A stretch of DNA of 64,000 nucleotides from Candidatus Micrarchaeota archaeon (GTDB lineage Archaea; Micrarchaeota; Micrarchaeia; Anstonellales; Anstonellaceae): contig JAKAJC010000003.1 of NCBI GenBank assembly GCA_021814005.1, positions 15,934 through 79,933 on the forward strand. Reading direction: 5' to 3'. The notes under the pieces are model-generated. The model was not told the origin of the DNA. It made no database searches and saw only the letters and a program-made list of their open reading frames with translations. Positions 8,487 through 16,602 of this stretch are shown piece by piece (the first letter of the stretch is position 1; every line of letters starts with the position of its first letter). Both the position numbers and the translations under genes were made by a program.

Positions 8487-9944
8487 TTAGCCGCTCTCTC
8501 TTTTGCTGCTGCCCATGGCGGCCTTGAGCACAAACCACGCTGCCACCAGAATAATCAGAAGCAGCGGGATTGCCCATGTCATCGCGCCGAAGGGCGAGAG
8601 TTCCTTTTCGGTCTTTACAACAATGCGGCCCTTGCCAAGCGCGGTCATGTCCGCGAGCGTCAGCTTGAAGCCGTTGCCGTCCATCGGCACGTCCTTGCTT
8701 CCGACCTTGGCGCTCACCACGTGGTCGGGGAAGTTCGCCGCATAGGTGAAGCTCACCTTGAAGTTGACCTGGCTGCCAGTGTCAACCAGCTTGCCCAGCG
8801 TTTCGTTGATGTCTGCAAAATCCATCTGGCTGATTTTGCCGTCGCGGAAATTGACAAGATAATACGACAGGTTCGCTCCGTAGCGGTCAATTGCCGACTC
8901 GAAGCTCGAGTCTGTGCTGACCTGCCTGAACGCGTCAGACACGTTCTGCATTATGCTGGCCTTGGACATGAGGGGCGTGACATCCGCGCTTGTCTTGTTC
9001 ACCGCGTGCCGGTTGCTGTAATTCTCGTCGTACTCGTATGTCTCCTCTTCTGTCACCATAACCAAGCTCTTGGAGCTGGCGGTGCATGGCATGTCAAGCA
9101 CAAGACCTTTGGAATCCGGAGTCTTGCCGACCATGGTCTTGGACTGCACATAGGGGCCGAGCTTGCTGGCGTTTATTTCCTTGAGATAATAGAATCCTTC
9201 CGGCAAATCTCCGGCAACTTCGGTGAGCTCCTCCTCACTCTTGTCGCTGCATCCGGCCCACAATATCTTGGCGTCGGATGAGAGGAACGAACTGCCGCTT
9301 GTGATGTTGAAGCGGGCGTTGCCGCCTGAAGTCGAGAGCACCTCGCAGGTGAATGGGTATGCCGAATAGCAGATGAAGTCGGTGGTGATGAAGTTGTCAA
9401 GCTCTGTCTTTAGCGCCGGTGTGAAGCGGTCGGCAAAGCTCTTGAGGAACTTCTGGCCGAACTCGCGGCCGGATTTGCCCTCGGCCGCGAAATAGAACAC
9501 TGTCGGCACCCTTTCTATCTCATATGTCTTGACCTCTTTCAGCGAGGCCCAGTCGGTGCTTGTGGTGACCGTGTAGAAGTCGCTGCCGCTCTTGAGCTGG
9601 GCTGTCAGATGCACGGCGCTTTCGGAATTGACAGTGCATTTGGCCGAGCTCTTGGCCTGGTCGCAGATGGCGTTGGCATAACTGTTGAACGCGAGGTCTG
9701 TGATGCGCACGCCGAGTTTGGCGTATTTGACCGGTATGCCGCCGCTCAAATACCCGCTGTTTGAGAAGAGCGATTCCATCATGCCGATAATCTCCTTGTT
9801 CACGCTGATTTCGTGGTCTATGACAAGTTCGGACGTGCCGTCGGGCCTAAACGTCTGCACCGTGTCATGGGTGAGATTGACGCAGCCGGACGAGAGAAGC
9901 AGTCCGATTGCGGCGAGCGCAAAGAGCAGAATCGAGTTCTTCAT
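8487..9944 (-). CDS. Surface (lipo)protein paralog 3 (signal peptide, LSSGC lipobox, C-terminal motif plus TM plus basic tail).
   Basis: N-terminus LLFALAAIGLLLSSGCVNLTHDTVQTFRPDGTSELVIDHE. C-terminus GKGRIVVKTEKELSPFGAMTWAIPLLLIILVAAWFVLKAAMGSSKRESG. Collinear with paralog 4 (AICDQAKSSAKCTV, KTYEIERVPTVFYFAAEGKSG, ILWAGCS, MVGKTPDSKGLVLDMPC). Confidence 0.8.
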   Translation of the reverse strand: MKNSILLFALAAIGLLLSSGCVNLTHDTVQTFRPDGTSELVIDHEISVNKEIIGMMESLFSNSGYLSGGIPVKYAKLGVRITDLAFNSYANAICDQAKSSAKCTVNSESAVHLTAQLKSGSDFYTVTTSTDWASLKEVKTYEIERVPTVFYFAAEGKSGREFGQKFLKSFADRFTPALKTELDNFITTDFICYSAYPFTCEVLSTSGGNARFNITSGSSFLSSDAKILWAGCSDKSEEELTEVAGDLPEGFYYLKEINASKLGPYVQSKTMVGKTPDSKGLVLDMPCTASSKSLVMVTEEETYEYDENYSNRHAVNKTSADVTPLMSKASIMQNVSDAFRQVSTDSSFESAIDRYGANLSYYLVNFRDGKISQMDFADINETLGKLVDTGSQVNFKVSFTYAANFPDHVVSAKVGSKDVPMDGNGFKLTLADMTALGKGRIVVKTEKELSPFGAMTWAIPLLLIILVAAWFVLKAAMGSSKRESG

Positions 9945-9954
9945 AGATACACCA

Positions 9955-10030
9955 CCATTTTCGCACGATTAAATAAAATGAAAAAACAAAAATGAAATGA
10001 AAAATAAAAACAAAAAACAATTTAAAAAAA
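9955..10030. terminator. A-rich (T-rich on the coding minus strand) low-complexity spacer between paralogs 4 and 3. Likely an oligo-T terminator for paralog 4 plus an AT-rich promoter/TATA region for paralog 3.
   Basis: Sequence aaataaaatgaaaaaacaaaaatgaaatgaaaaataaaaacaaaaaacaatttaaaaaaataaaaaa stands out as AT-only in a 60% GC context. Confidence 0.4.
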
Positions 10031-10050
10031 TAAAAAACGGCCCGCGCGGC

Positions 10051-11610
10051 TCACATCTGCGGCTGCTGCGGGGGCTGCTGGCCGGCGTATGTCGTCGGAG
10101 GCACGGTGTTGAGGTTTGCCGGCTCTTTGGGTTTGCGCCCGAGGAACCAGACCAAAAGTGCCAGCAATACGACAACTACAATCGCTCCTCCGAAGAGGAC
10201 AACGGGGTCGAGGCCGAATATCTTGCCGTTCGACTCGCTGGCCGGAACCGGCAGCGGTTTCTCGGTCTTTACCACGATTTTTCCCTTGCCCATGCGGACG
10301 AGGTCTGCGAGGGTGACCTTGAAGCCGTTGTTGCTGACTGCAATGGCCGTGCCGCTGCCGCCGACAACGCTTGTTACCGTGCCGGGGAAGCTGGCCGCGT
10401 AAGAGAGCTCGACATCAATGGTAATGTTGGCTGTCTCAAGCTGGCTCTGCGTTTTTGTGATGCTGTCCTGCATCTCCTCAAGCGTGGTGGAGTTGCCGAT
10501 AGTGCCTTTCTCGAGGTCTATGTTGAGCGCGTCAAGCTCTATGGGCCCGATTGGCGTGTCGTTGACCGGAATCTGGCTGATGTTTTCCTCCAGCTTGACC
10601 AGGCCGGCAACCAACTCGGCTTTCATGCTCTCCTTGGAGAGCAGGGCGTAGGTGTAAACAGTCGGCGCTATCGTGATGTTGGCTCTGGCCGCGTAGGAGC
10701 TCACCGGCGTTGCCGCCACAACAAGCGTCTTGGTGTCGTTGGACGGGCAGGAAAGCGACAGTTCAAGGCCTGTAACATCCGGTGTCTTGCCGATTGTCAT
10801 CTTGCGGCTCACAACCGCTGCGGCCTCGGTCTCGTTCATGTCCGAAATGTCGCTGACGTTGCGGGCGCTGCAGCCGGCCCACACGAGTTTGGCCGCAGGC
10901 ATGAGCCCGCCGCCCGAGCCGATGAGGCGCACATTGATGTTATTGCCGCTGTTCGACACGACATCGCAGCCGTACGGGCTTATGCCCAAGCAGTAGTAAT
11001 TGGTGGTGATTATCGAGTCAATGTCGCCGGGCAGCGTATTCTTGTAATAGCTTGTGAAGCTCTTTACAACTCCGCTCATAAACTCGGTGCTTGTCTTGCC
11101 CTGCGCTGTGAAATATGTTACTGTAGGGATTTTCCTTATCTCATAAGTGCGGATTTGTTTGGGGGCGGACGCGTTGGTGGTGTCGTTCACCACTGTCATG
11201 GTGTAGAATCCGTTTCCGGCACTGAGGCTGCCGACCACATGAATCTTGTTGTCAGGCCCGACCGTGCATGTGGCGCCCTTCATGTCAGCGCAAATCGCCT
11301 TGGCATATGCCTCGCTGGTGCGCTGAATCAGGCGCTCTATCAGCATGTAGTTTGTTTCCGTAATTGTCGGGAGCATGACATTGACCAGGCTCTTTATCTG
11401 GGTGATGTCGTTCTGCGGAAGCGCGAACTGGTGGTCTATGACGATTTCAGACGTGCCGTCCTCCTTGAAGGTCTGGGTGGATGTGTGCATGATGGTGCAT
11501 CCGGACAAAAAGAGCAGACCTGCAAGAAGAATTACCAAAAGAGCCGAAACTTTCATATCTAACACCACCGCTCCTCCACGAGAGAAGAAGCCACTCGAAT
11601 ATGCTTTCAA
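10051..11610 (-). CDS. Surface (lipo)protein paralog 4 (signal peptide, LSGC lipobox, C-terminal motif plus TM plus basic/Pro-Gln tail).
   Basis: N-terminus MKVSALLVILLAGLLFLSGCTIMHTSTQTFKEDGTSEIVIDHQ. C-terminus GKGKIVVKTEKPLPVPASESNGKIFGLDPVVLFGGAIVVVVLLALLVWFLGRKPKEP. Collinear with paralog 3. An ORF on the + strand here is rejected. Confidence 0.8.
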   Translation of the reverse strand: MKAYSSGFFSRGGAVVLDMKVSALLVILLAGLLFLSGCTIMHTSTQTFKEDGTSEIVIDHQFALPQNDITQIKSLVNVMLPTITETNYMLIERLIQRTSEAYAKAICADMKGATCTVGPDNKIHVVGSLSAGNGFYTMTVVNDTTNASAPKQIRTYEIRKIPTVTYFTAQGKTSTEFMSGVVKSFTSYYKNTLPGDIDSIITTNYYCLGISPYGCDVVSNSGNNINVRLIGSGGGLMPAAKLVWAGCSARNVSDISDMNETEAAAVVSRKMTIGKTPDVTGLELSLSCPSNDTKTLVVAATPVSSYAARANITIAPTVYTYALLSKESMKAELVAGLVKLEENISQIPVNDTPIGPIELDALNIDLEKGTIGNSTTLEEMQDSITKTQSQLETANITIDVELSYAASFPGTVTSVVGGSGTAIAVSNNGFKVTLADLVRMGKGKIVVKTEKPLPVPASESNGKIFGLDPVVLFGGAIVVVVLLALLVWFLGRKPKEPANLNTVPPTTYAGQQPPQQPQM

Positions 11611-11637
11611 CTTTGCGTCTATTTCTTATAAATGTTG

Positions 11638-12801
11638 TTATTTTTGTCTCCCGATAACCAGCAGGTCATTGCCAACATTTTGCGTCAGAACCGTTCGCAT
11701 GGATTTTGAAATTGCGCGCGACAGCCGCAACTCGGAGGGCGAGGGAGGATATTTCTTCCCTCTTCGCTTAGAAGCTACGAACAGCATCAATTCATCCGCC
11801 TGTTTCTGCTCGATAAAAGAGGCGGCCAGAGACGGCCCGCCCTCGCACAGCACGTGGTTTGTGCCGCATTTTCCCAAATGTTTCAGCACGGCCGACAGGT
11901 CAAGCTGACCGTGTTGGGCGGCCGGCCGCTTTTTGATGTCGGGCACAATCCACACTTCTATTTTCTTTTTTCTCTCAAGCGTCTCTTTTCTTTTTTTCGC
12001 CTCTCCCGCCCTTGCCTCTTGCCCGCAAACAACGAGCGCGTTTCTGTCTTTGAGCACTTTGGCGTTCAGCGGGACCCGCAGTTCAGGGTCAATAATCACG
12101 CGCAGCGGGTCATGGCCTTTTTCTTTTCCCGGCAAACGCGTGGTGAGCTGCGGATTATCGGCCAGCACAGTTCCGATGCCGATAACAAGCGCGCCAACCT
12201 GATTTCGCAGCCGGTGCACCATGAGGCGGGCTTGCGGACCCGAAATCCAGCGCGGCTCGTCCGGGCGGGTGATAAATCTTCCGTCAGCCGTCTGCGCCAT
12301 CTTGAGCGTGACAAACGGCATGCCGGTTTTCGCATGCTTGACAAACGCCTTGTTGATTTCGCGGGCTTCTGACCTGAGAACGCCAAAAACGGTCTTCACG
12401 CCCGCCTTTTTCAGCTCTTTTTCTCCGCCCCCCTTTACTTTTGGATTCGGGTCTTTCATTGCAAAAACAACGCGCCCGATGCCCGCCTTCAAAATCGCTT
12501 TTGTGCAGGGCGGCACTCTTCCGAAATGGTTGCAGGGCTCCAAATTGACGTAAAGGGTGGAGTTTGGGAAAAGAAGATGCGCGCGCTTGCGCCCGAGTCG
12601 CCGGCATGCATCATTTATTGCCTCAACTTCGGCATGTGGCTCGCCCGCTTTGCGATGAAATCCTTCGCCGATTATTTTTTTGCTTTTGTCATCCACGATG
12701 ACTGCGCCAACAAACGGATTCGGGGCCGGCCGGCCGCGGGCCGCCAAGTGAAGGCAGCGGGACATGAAATGGCAATCTTCAAGAGAGCCCATACGCGCCA
12801 C
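11638..12801 (-). CDS. ribD: Bifunctional riboflavin biosynthesis protein RibD (diaminohydroxyphosphoribosylaminopyrimidine deaminase / 5-amino-6-(5-phosphoribosylamino)uracil reductase), bacterial type.
   Basis: Deaminase motif NPFVGAVIVDD...GFHRKAGEPHAEVEAI and PCNHFGRVPPC (zinc site). C-terminal reductase domain GKCGTNHVLCEGGPSLAASFI. Confidence 0.8.
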   Translation of the reverse strand: MARMGSLEDCHFMSRCLHLAARGRPAPNPFVGAVIVDDKSKKIIGEGFHRKAGEPHAEVEAINDACRRLGRKRAHLLFPNSTLYVNLEPCNHFGRVPPCTKAILKAGIGRVVFAMKDPNPKVKGGGEKELKKAGVKTVFGVLRSEAREINKAFVKHAKTGMPFVTLKMAQTADGRFITRPDEPRWISGPQARLMVHRLRNQVGALVIGIGTVLADNPQLTTRLPGKEKGHDPLRVIIDPELRVPLNAKVLKDRNALVVCGQEARAGEAKKRKETLERKKKIEVWIVPDIKKRPAAQHGQLDLSAVLKHLGKCGTNHVLCEGGPSLAASFIEQKQADELMLFVASKRRGKKYPPSPSELRLSRAISKSMRTVLTQNVGNDLLVIGRQK

Positions 12802-12802
12802 T

Positions 12803-13480
12803 CTATTTCAGCCAGTGCCCCATCTTCTCTTTTTTTGTTCTGAGGTATTTTTTGTTTGTGCCGTTCGGCTTGGTGAGAAGCGGCAGGTGGCCTTCCACCT
12901 TGATGCCGCATTTCTGCACGCCCGATATCTTGAGCGGGTTGTTTGTAATCAAAAGAACGGATTTCACTCCCAAATCATGCAAAATGCAAGCTGCGGCGGT
13001 ATAATCGCGCTTGTCTTCCAAAAATCCGAGGCGCAGGTTGGCCTCCACCGTGTCCAGCCCCTTGTCCTGCAAAGCATATGCCTTCATTTTGTTTGCAAGC
13101 CCGATTCCGCGCCCTTCCTGGTCAAGATGAATGAGCACGCCCGTGCCTTTCTTCTGAATGTACTTCATGGCTTTCTCCAGCTGCGCGCCGCAGTCGCAGC
13201 GCAAAGAGCCGAGCGCGTCCCCTGTAACGCATTCTGAATGCAGGCGCACTGGCACTCTTTGCGCCCCTTTCAATTTGCCTTTGAAGAGGGCAAGATGAGT
13301 CGGCCCTTCCGGCTCTCCTCCAGCCCCGCATTTTCCTTTCTCCTGATATGCCCAGAGCTTGAACTCGCCGTATTTTGTGGGCAGAACCGTGGTGGCCACG
13401 CGCGTAAGGCCGTTCGGAGTCGGTGCGGAATTTGTCGGGGCCATTTCAACCTGCTCCTGGGCCGCACTTGAGGCCGGCAA
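12803..13480 (-). CDS. ribA: GTP cyclohydrolase II (RibA). Start is probably the ATG at 13446 (overlaps upstream stop as TAATG/TGATG).
   Basis: HSECVTGDALGSLRCDCGAQLEKAMKYIQKKGTGVLIHLDQEGRGIGLANKMKAYALQDKGLDTVEAN is the diagnostic GTP cyclohydrolase II zinc/Cys and catalytic region. Confidence 0.8.
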   Translation of the reverse strand: MPASSAAQEQVEMAPTNSAPTPNGLTRVATTVLPTKYGEFKLWAYQEKGKCGAGGEPEGPTHLALFKGKLKGAQRVPVRLHSECVTGDALGSLRCDCGAQLEKAMKYIQKKGTGVLIHLDQEGRGIGLANKMKAYALQDKGLDTVEANLRLGFLEDKRDYTAAACILHDLGVKSVLLITNNPLKISGVQKCGIKVEGHLPLLTKPNGTNKKYLRTKKEKMGHWLK

Positions 13481-14213
13481 TCAACTTCCGATAAACCTGT
13501 TCATCCTGGCCCATCAGCATCATCGGCCGATTCCCGCACCGGCCGCCCATAATCGCAATTACCGGTTCTCCATACATCCTGCCTTTGATGGCGCAGCCCT
13601 CGACCATGCCGCTGCTTATCCATTCAACGGTCGCGTTCGCAAACCACTCTCTGACTACACCCTGTTTTCTGATGAGGTCTGTATCCGAGACCGGTGTTCC
13701 TGCATACTGCGCATCTGAGGCTTCCAGCATAAGGCCCGGGAGCGAGTCATTGCAACCTGCCTCGTCAATCCAGGCTTTTGAAAAGTCAGACGAGAATGCG
13801 ACGGCTATGGTATCATTCGTCTTCTGGTTCTCTAAAAGCACTTGGCTGATGAGGTCATTGCTGGAAACCACTTTGATTTGCGTGTTAATGGAAGAGTCAT
13901 TGCTCTGGTCAACCATCGAAATCCATCCATCTGGATAATCGAAGGAATACCCTCCTTGCACAGGACTGAAATAATGGTATCCTCCAGAAATCTTGGTGAT
14001 GGTCGGAGGTTTGTATGTGTTTTTCATCTTATCCCAGATGGCGGAATTATTGATGAAGGCCGGAGCGGGCACATCCAAATTTCCTTGCTTTGGTGCCTGA
14101 TTCTCATTGGCTTTCGGAGCAGCCATCCAAAGCACAGCCACTACAACCAGCACGGCCAGTATGACAAATGTCAGATATGTCAAATAGTTTTTTTTCTTCA
14201 AAGAGTCTTCCAT
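13446..14213 (-). CDS. Membrane-anchored (N-terminal TM) extracytoplasmic protein of unknown function, embedded in the riboflavin operon.
   Basis: N-terminal helix LTYLTFVILAVLVVVAVLWMAA. The remainder is Ser/Asn/Asp-rich with sequons (NDSS, NDT, NDS, NAT) and a C-terminal Cys pair. No recognizable Rib enzyme motifs. Confidence 0.55.
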   Translation of the reverse strand: MEDSLKKKNYLTYLTFVILAVLVVVAVLWMAAPKANENQAPKQGNLDVPAPAFINNSAIWDKMKNTYKPPTITKISGGYHYFSPVQGGYSFDYPDGWISMVDQSNDSSINTQIKVVSSNDLISQVLLENQKTNDTIAVAFSSDFSKAWIDEAGCNDSLPGLMLEASDAQYAGTPVSDTDLIRKQGVVREWFANATVEWISSGMVEGCAIKGRMYGEPVIAIMGGRCGNRPMMLMGQDEQVYRKLIAGLKCGPGAG

Positions 14214-14237
14214 TTTTTCATCCTCTTCGGCATCTGC

Positions 14238-14684
14238 TTATTCGCGCGCCTCTTTTTGCGCATCAATCAGCCGCAGCGCGGCCCGCACCGCCCGCCGCGC
14301 GTATTCGTCGGCGCGCGCAGTCGCCTGCGCATGCGTTGCGCCCGGGCCGATGATTCCCAAACTGACCGGCTTTTTATAATGAATGCTGGCGCGCGCCAGA
14401 GCGTGCGCGCAGGCCTGCACCACAGCGTCATCGTGCTGCGTGTCGCCCTTGATGACCGCTCCCAATGTGGCAACTGCCTGCACGTCGCCGCGCTCGAGCA
14501 GTTCGGCAACAACAAGGGGCATGTCAAATGCGCCCGGCACATGGATGACGGCGGCTATTGCGGCGCCAGCCTTGCCAGCTTCATCCTCTGCCTGCGCAAG
14601 CATGCGGCCGGTAATCTCGTCATTGAAATCCGAGACGACAATGGCGATTGATTTTTTGGATGCGGAATTTGAAGTCGGGTTCAT
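14238..14684 (-). CDS. ribH: 6,7-dimethyl-8-ribityllumazine synthase.
   Basis: KKSIAIVVSDFNDEITGRMLAQA...VIHVPGAFDMPLVVAELLERGDVQAVATLGAVIKGDTQHDDAV is the lumazine synthase signature. Confidence 0.85.
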   Translation of the reverse strand: MNPTSNSASKKSIAIVVSDFNDEITGRMLAQAEDEAGKAGAAIAAVIHVPGAFDMPLVVAELLERGDVQAVATLGAVIKGDTQHDDAVVQACAHALARASIHYKKPVSLGIIGPGATHAQATARADEYARRAVRAALRLIDAQKEARE

Positions 14685-14707
14685 GTGGTTCGAGCCTCAA
14701 TCTTTTT

Positions 14708-15253
14708 TTACTTCTTTTTTATCTGGCCGGTGTCTTCCCTTCCCTGTCTCCTTCCCGTGCCTGCCCTCTCAACGAGCTTCTGCGGGTCTGCGACAAGCCA
14801 TACTGCATGGTGCGCGTGCTTGCGCGTGCGGTCCTCGGTCAGCGAGAAAAACGCGGCCTCATCGAGCGTGCCGTCCACCCTCTTTGCCTCGTTCATGTGC
14901 ACGAACACTTCGACTATGTGCTTGTTGGTGTTCAGTTTCGCCCACTGCAAACCCAACGACGCCTCGTGCGCGCACTGGGTGTCTATCGGCGCATTGCCCA
15001 CCATGCCAAGAGCCATCGCAATGTCGCAGCCGTCAATCGTGAGCAGGCGCTGGCACTCGACCGGCAAATCCTTTATGCCCGGCACGGTATGGCGGACGAT
15101 AGTGACGGAAGGATGATTCTTCTTCAGCTCGTCCACAGCCATGGCTCCCATGTCTATGCGCGAGAAAGTGGTGTCCACCACGCCTATTTTGACCTGTGTT
15201 CTGGCCATAAAATCAATCTTATCCTTTTTTCCCGCCCGCCTATAAAAAGACAC
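14708..15253 (-). CDS. ribC: Riboflavin synthase, archaeal type (lumazine-synthase-like fold). Probable start at Met16 (about 15208).
   Basis: MARTQVKIGVVDTTFSRIDMGAMAVDELKK...TVPGIKDLP matches the archaeal riboflavin synthase pattern (compare the M. jannaschii RibC N-terminus KVGIVDTTFARVDM). Confidence 0.75.
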   Translation of the reverse strand: MSFYRRAGKKDKIDFMARTQVKIGVVDTTFSRIDMGAMAVDELKKNHPSVTIVRHTVPGIKDLPVECQRLLTIDGCDIAMALGMVGNAPIDTQCAHEASLGLQWAKLNTNKHIVEVFVHMNEAKRVDGTLDEAAFFSLTEDRTRKHAHHAVWLVADPQKLVERAGTGRRQGREDTGQIKKK

Positions 15254-15370
15254 TCTTACTTTTCGCGCCCCATCGTCATCCTTTTAAATTCTCTTCATTT
15301 TGTTGTCGACAGGCATAAGCGACCAGAAAGCGTGCGAAAAGGCAATGTGCGACCAAGCAGAGGAGATGTC

Positions 15371-15886
15371 ATGAGCGGCCAGAGCACAGGCAATATCGTT
15401 GCAGCCAAGCCCGGAGTTTTCTCCAACTCGGCCCTTGTCACTTCAACCATTCCCAAACTCAACAATCCGCTTCTCTTGAACGAAAATCTCAGCCGCCGCA
15501 TCGACAGCCACAGCCGCCCGCAGCACATCCGCGAAACTTTCGAAACGCAGTTCAACTCTATTGACAAGCTTCTTGACACCCGCATTTCCAAGCTGGAAGA
15601 ATTGTCGGTCCATCCGCCAATAAGCGGGCCGGCCCAGTCTCTTGAATGGGTGAAAGTGCGCGATGAAATACAGTCCTATCTCAACGGCACAAACTCGTTT
15701 ATCCGCGAAACCACGATAGAAATCGACAATCTCGTTCAGGATGTAAAGCAGCAGAAAGACGCATTGTCGGCCAGCGATTATCTTGCCCTCAAAGGTCAGG
15801 CCCACTCATTGGTGCTGAAGAAAAACAAACTGCACGAGCTTTTCACTGAAATAAGCAATGGCTCGGCCTCAGGAACAATTCACTGA
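15371..15886 (+). CDS. Hypothetical protein (about 171 aa, predicted coiled-coil/Ser-Thr-rich), encoded on the opposite strand inside the rib gene run. This is the 3' part of track ORF 14648..15886.
   Basis: ATG at 15371 is preceded by a purine-rich ggagatgtc and TATA-like cctataaaaaga / ccttttaaattc elements. The upstream two-thirds of the long ORF are antisense to ribC and were discarded. Protein-like composition. Confidence 0.4.
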   Translation: MSGQSTGNIVAAKPGVFSNSALVTSTIPKLNNPLLLNENLSRRIDSHSRPQHIRETFETQFNSIDKLLDTRISKLEELSVHPPISGPAQSLEWVKVRDEIQSYLNGTNSFIRETTIEIDNLVQDVKQQKDALSASDYLALKGQAHSLVLKKNKLHELFTEISNGSASGTIH

Positions 15887-15900
15887 ATAATCAAGACTCT

Positions 15901-16587
15901 CTACAATTTCTTTTTTAATTCAGGTCCGTCGGTCGCAAACCAGCCGCGCCGCGCCGCCAGCTCTTTTGCCTCTTTCCAGCCCATGGCTTTGCCGTTGTCT
16001 GCAAGCATTTCGCATACAACCATGGCCGGCGTCAATCCTGCCGCGGCCGCCAGCGCTATTGCCAGCTCGGTGTGCCCGCCCCTCTTCTTCAACGAGCGCG
16101 AGACAAGAAGGGGCACGTGGCCTGGCGCATAAAATGATTTTGTGAATTCGGCCTGCATGTTTTTTGCGTCAGTTTTCACCATTTTCTCAAATTCTGTAAT
16201 GGTAAGGCTGCGGTCATTGTCTGTTATGCCCGTGTAGGTCTTGCGGCTGTTTATCCACACCGAAAAGGCCGGCGAATCCCCATACGGCGTCTTGTCGATT
16301 GCAAGCGCCGAGAGCACTTCGTTCCCGCTGGCATGCAGCAAATCAACTGCAAATCCGACTCCCAGCCTTTCGGCCGTCTCGCCGCTGGTGGCAAGGCAAA
16401 TCAGCCCGCCAGCCTCCTTGCGCATGAGGCCTATGTTCGCTGGCGTGGCGAACTTTGCGTGGAGAACCAAATCAGCCTCGCCCTCGCGCTCCAAATCATC
16501 CAGAATCACAACCGGCCTGCCCTCGCGCAGGGCGGCCAGCAGTGAATCAAACCAGTTGTCCATGAAAAAATCTCCAACAAAAATCAA
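15901..16587 (-). CDS. ribB: 3,4-dihydroxy-2-butanone 4-phosphate synthase (RibB). Probable start at MDNWFDSLL (about 16563).
   Basis: RPVVILDDLEREGEADLVLHA...GLICLATSGETAERLGV..HTELAIALAAAAGLTPAMVVCEML is the DHBP synthase signature. Confidence 0.85.
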   Translation of the reverse strand: MIFVGDFFMDNWFDSLLAALREGRPVVILDDLEREGEADLVLHAKFATPANIGLMRKEAGGLICLATSGETAERLGVGFAVDLLHASGNEVLSALAIDKTPYGDSPAFSVWINSRKTYTGITDNDRSLTITEFEKMVKTDAKNMQAEFTKSFYAPGHVPLLVSRSLKKRGGHTELAIALAAAAGLTPAMVVCEMLADNGKAMGWKEAKELAARRGWFATDGPELKKKL

Positions 16588-16602
16588 ATGCCGCGTCTTA
16601 AT

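Noticed and set aside
9955-10030. AT-rich low-complexity tract as a possible CRISPR leader or mobile-element end
   Set aside because: No flanking repeat-spacer array and no transposase or integrase. It sits exactly between two co-directional genes and is best explained as terminator plus promoter DNA.
9997-11562. 521-aa plus-strand ORF
   Set aside because: Entirely antisense to surface paralog 4. Arg/Gly/Ala/Val-rich GC-frame composition. No start context. The minus-strand gene has signal peptide, lipobox, TM and paralogy support.
14648-15370. N-terminal two-thirds of track ORF 14648..15886 (+)
   Set aside because: This portion is antisense to ribH/ribC and has an artifact-like Arg/Leu-rich composition. 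Only the 3' part from ATG 15371 was kept as a tentative gene.
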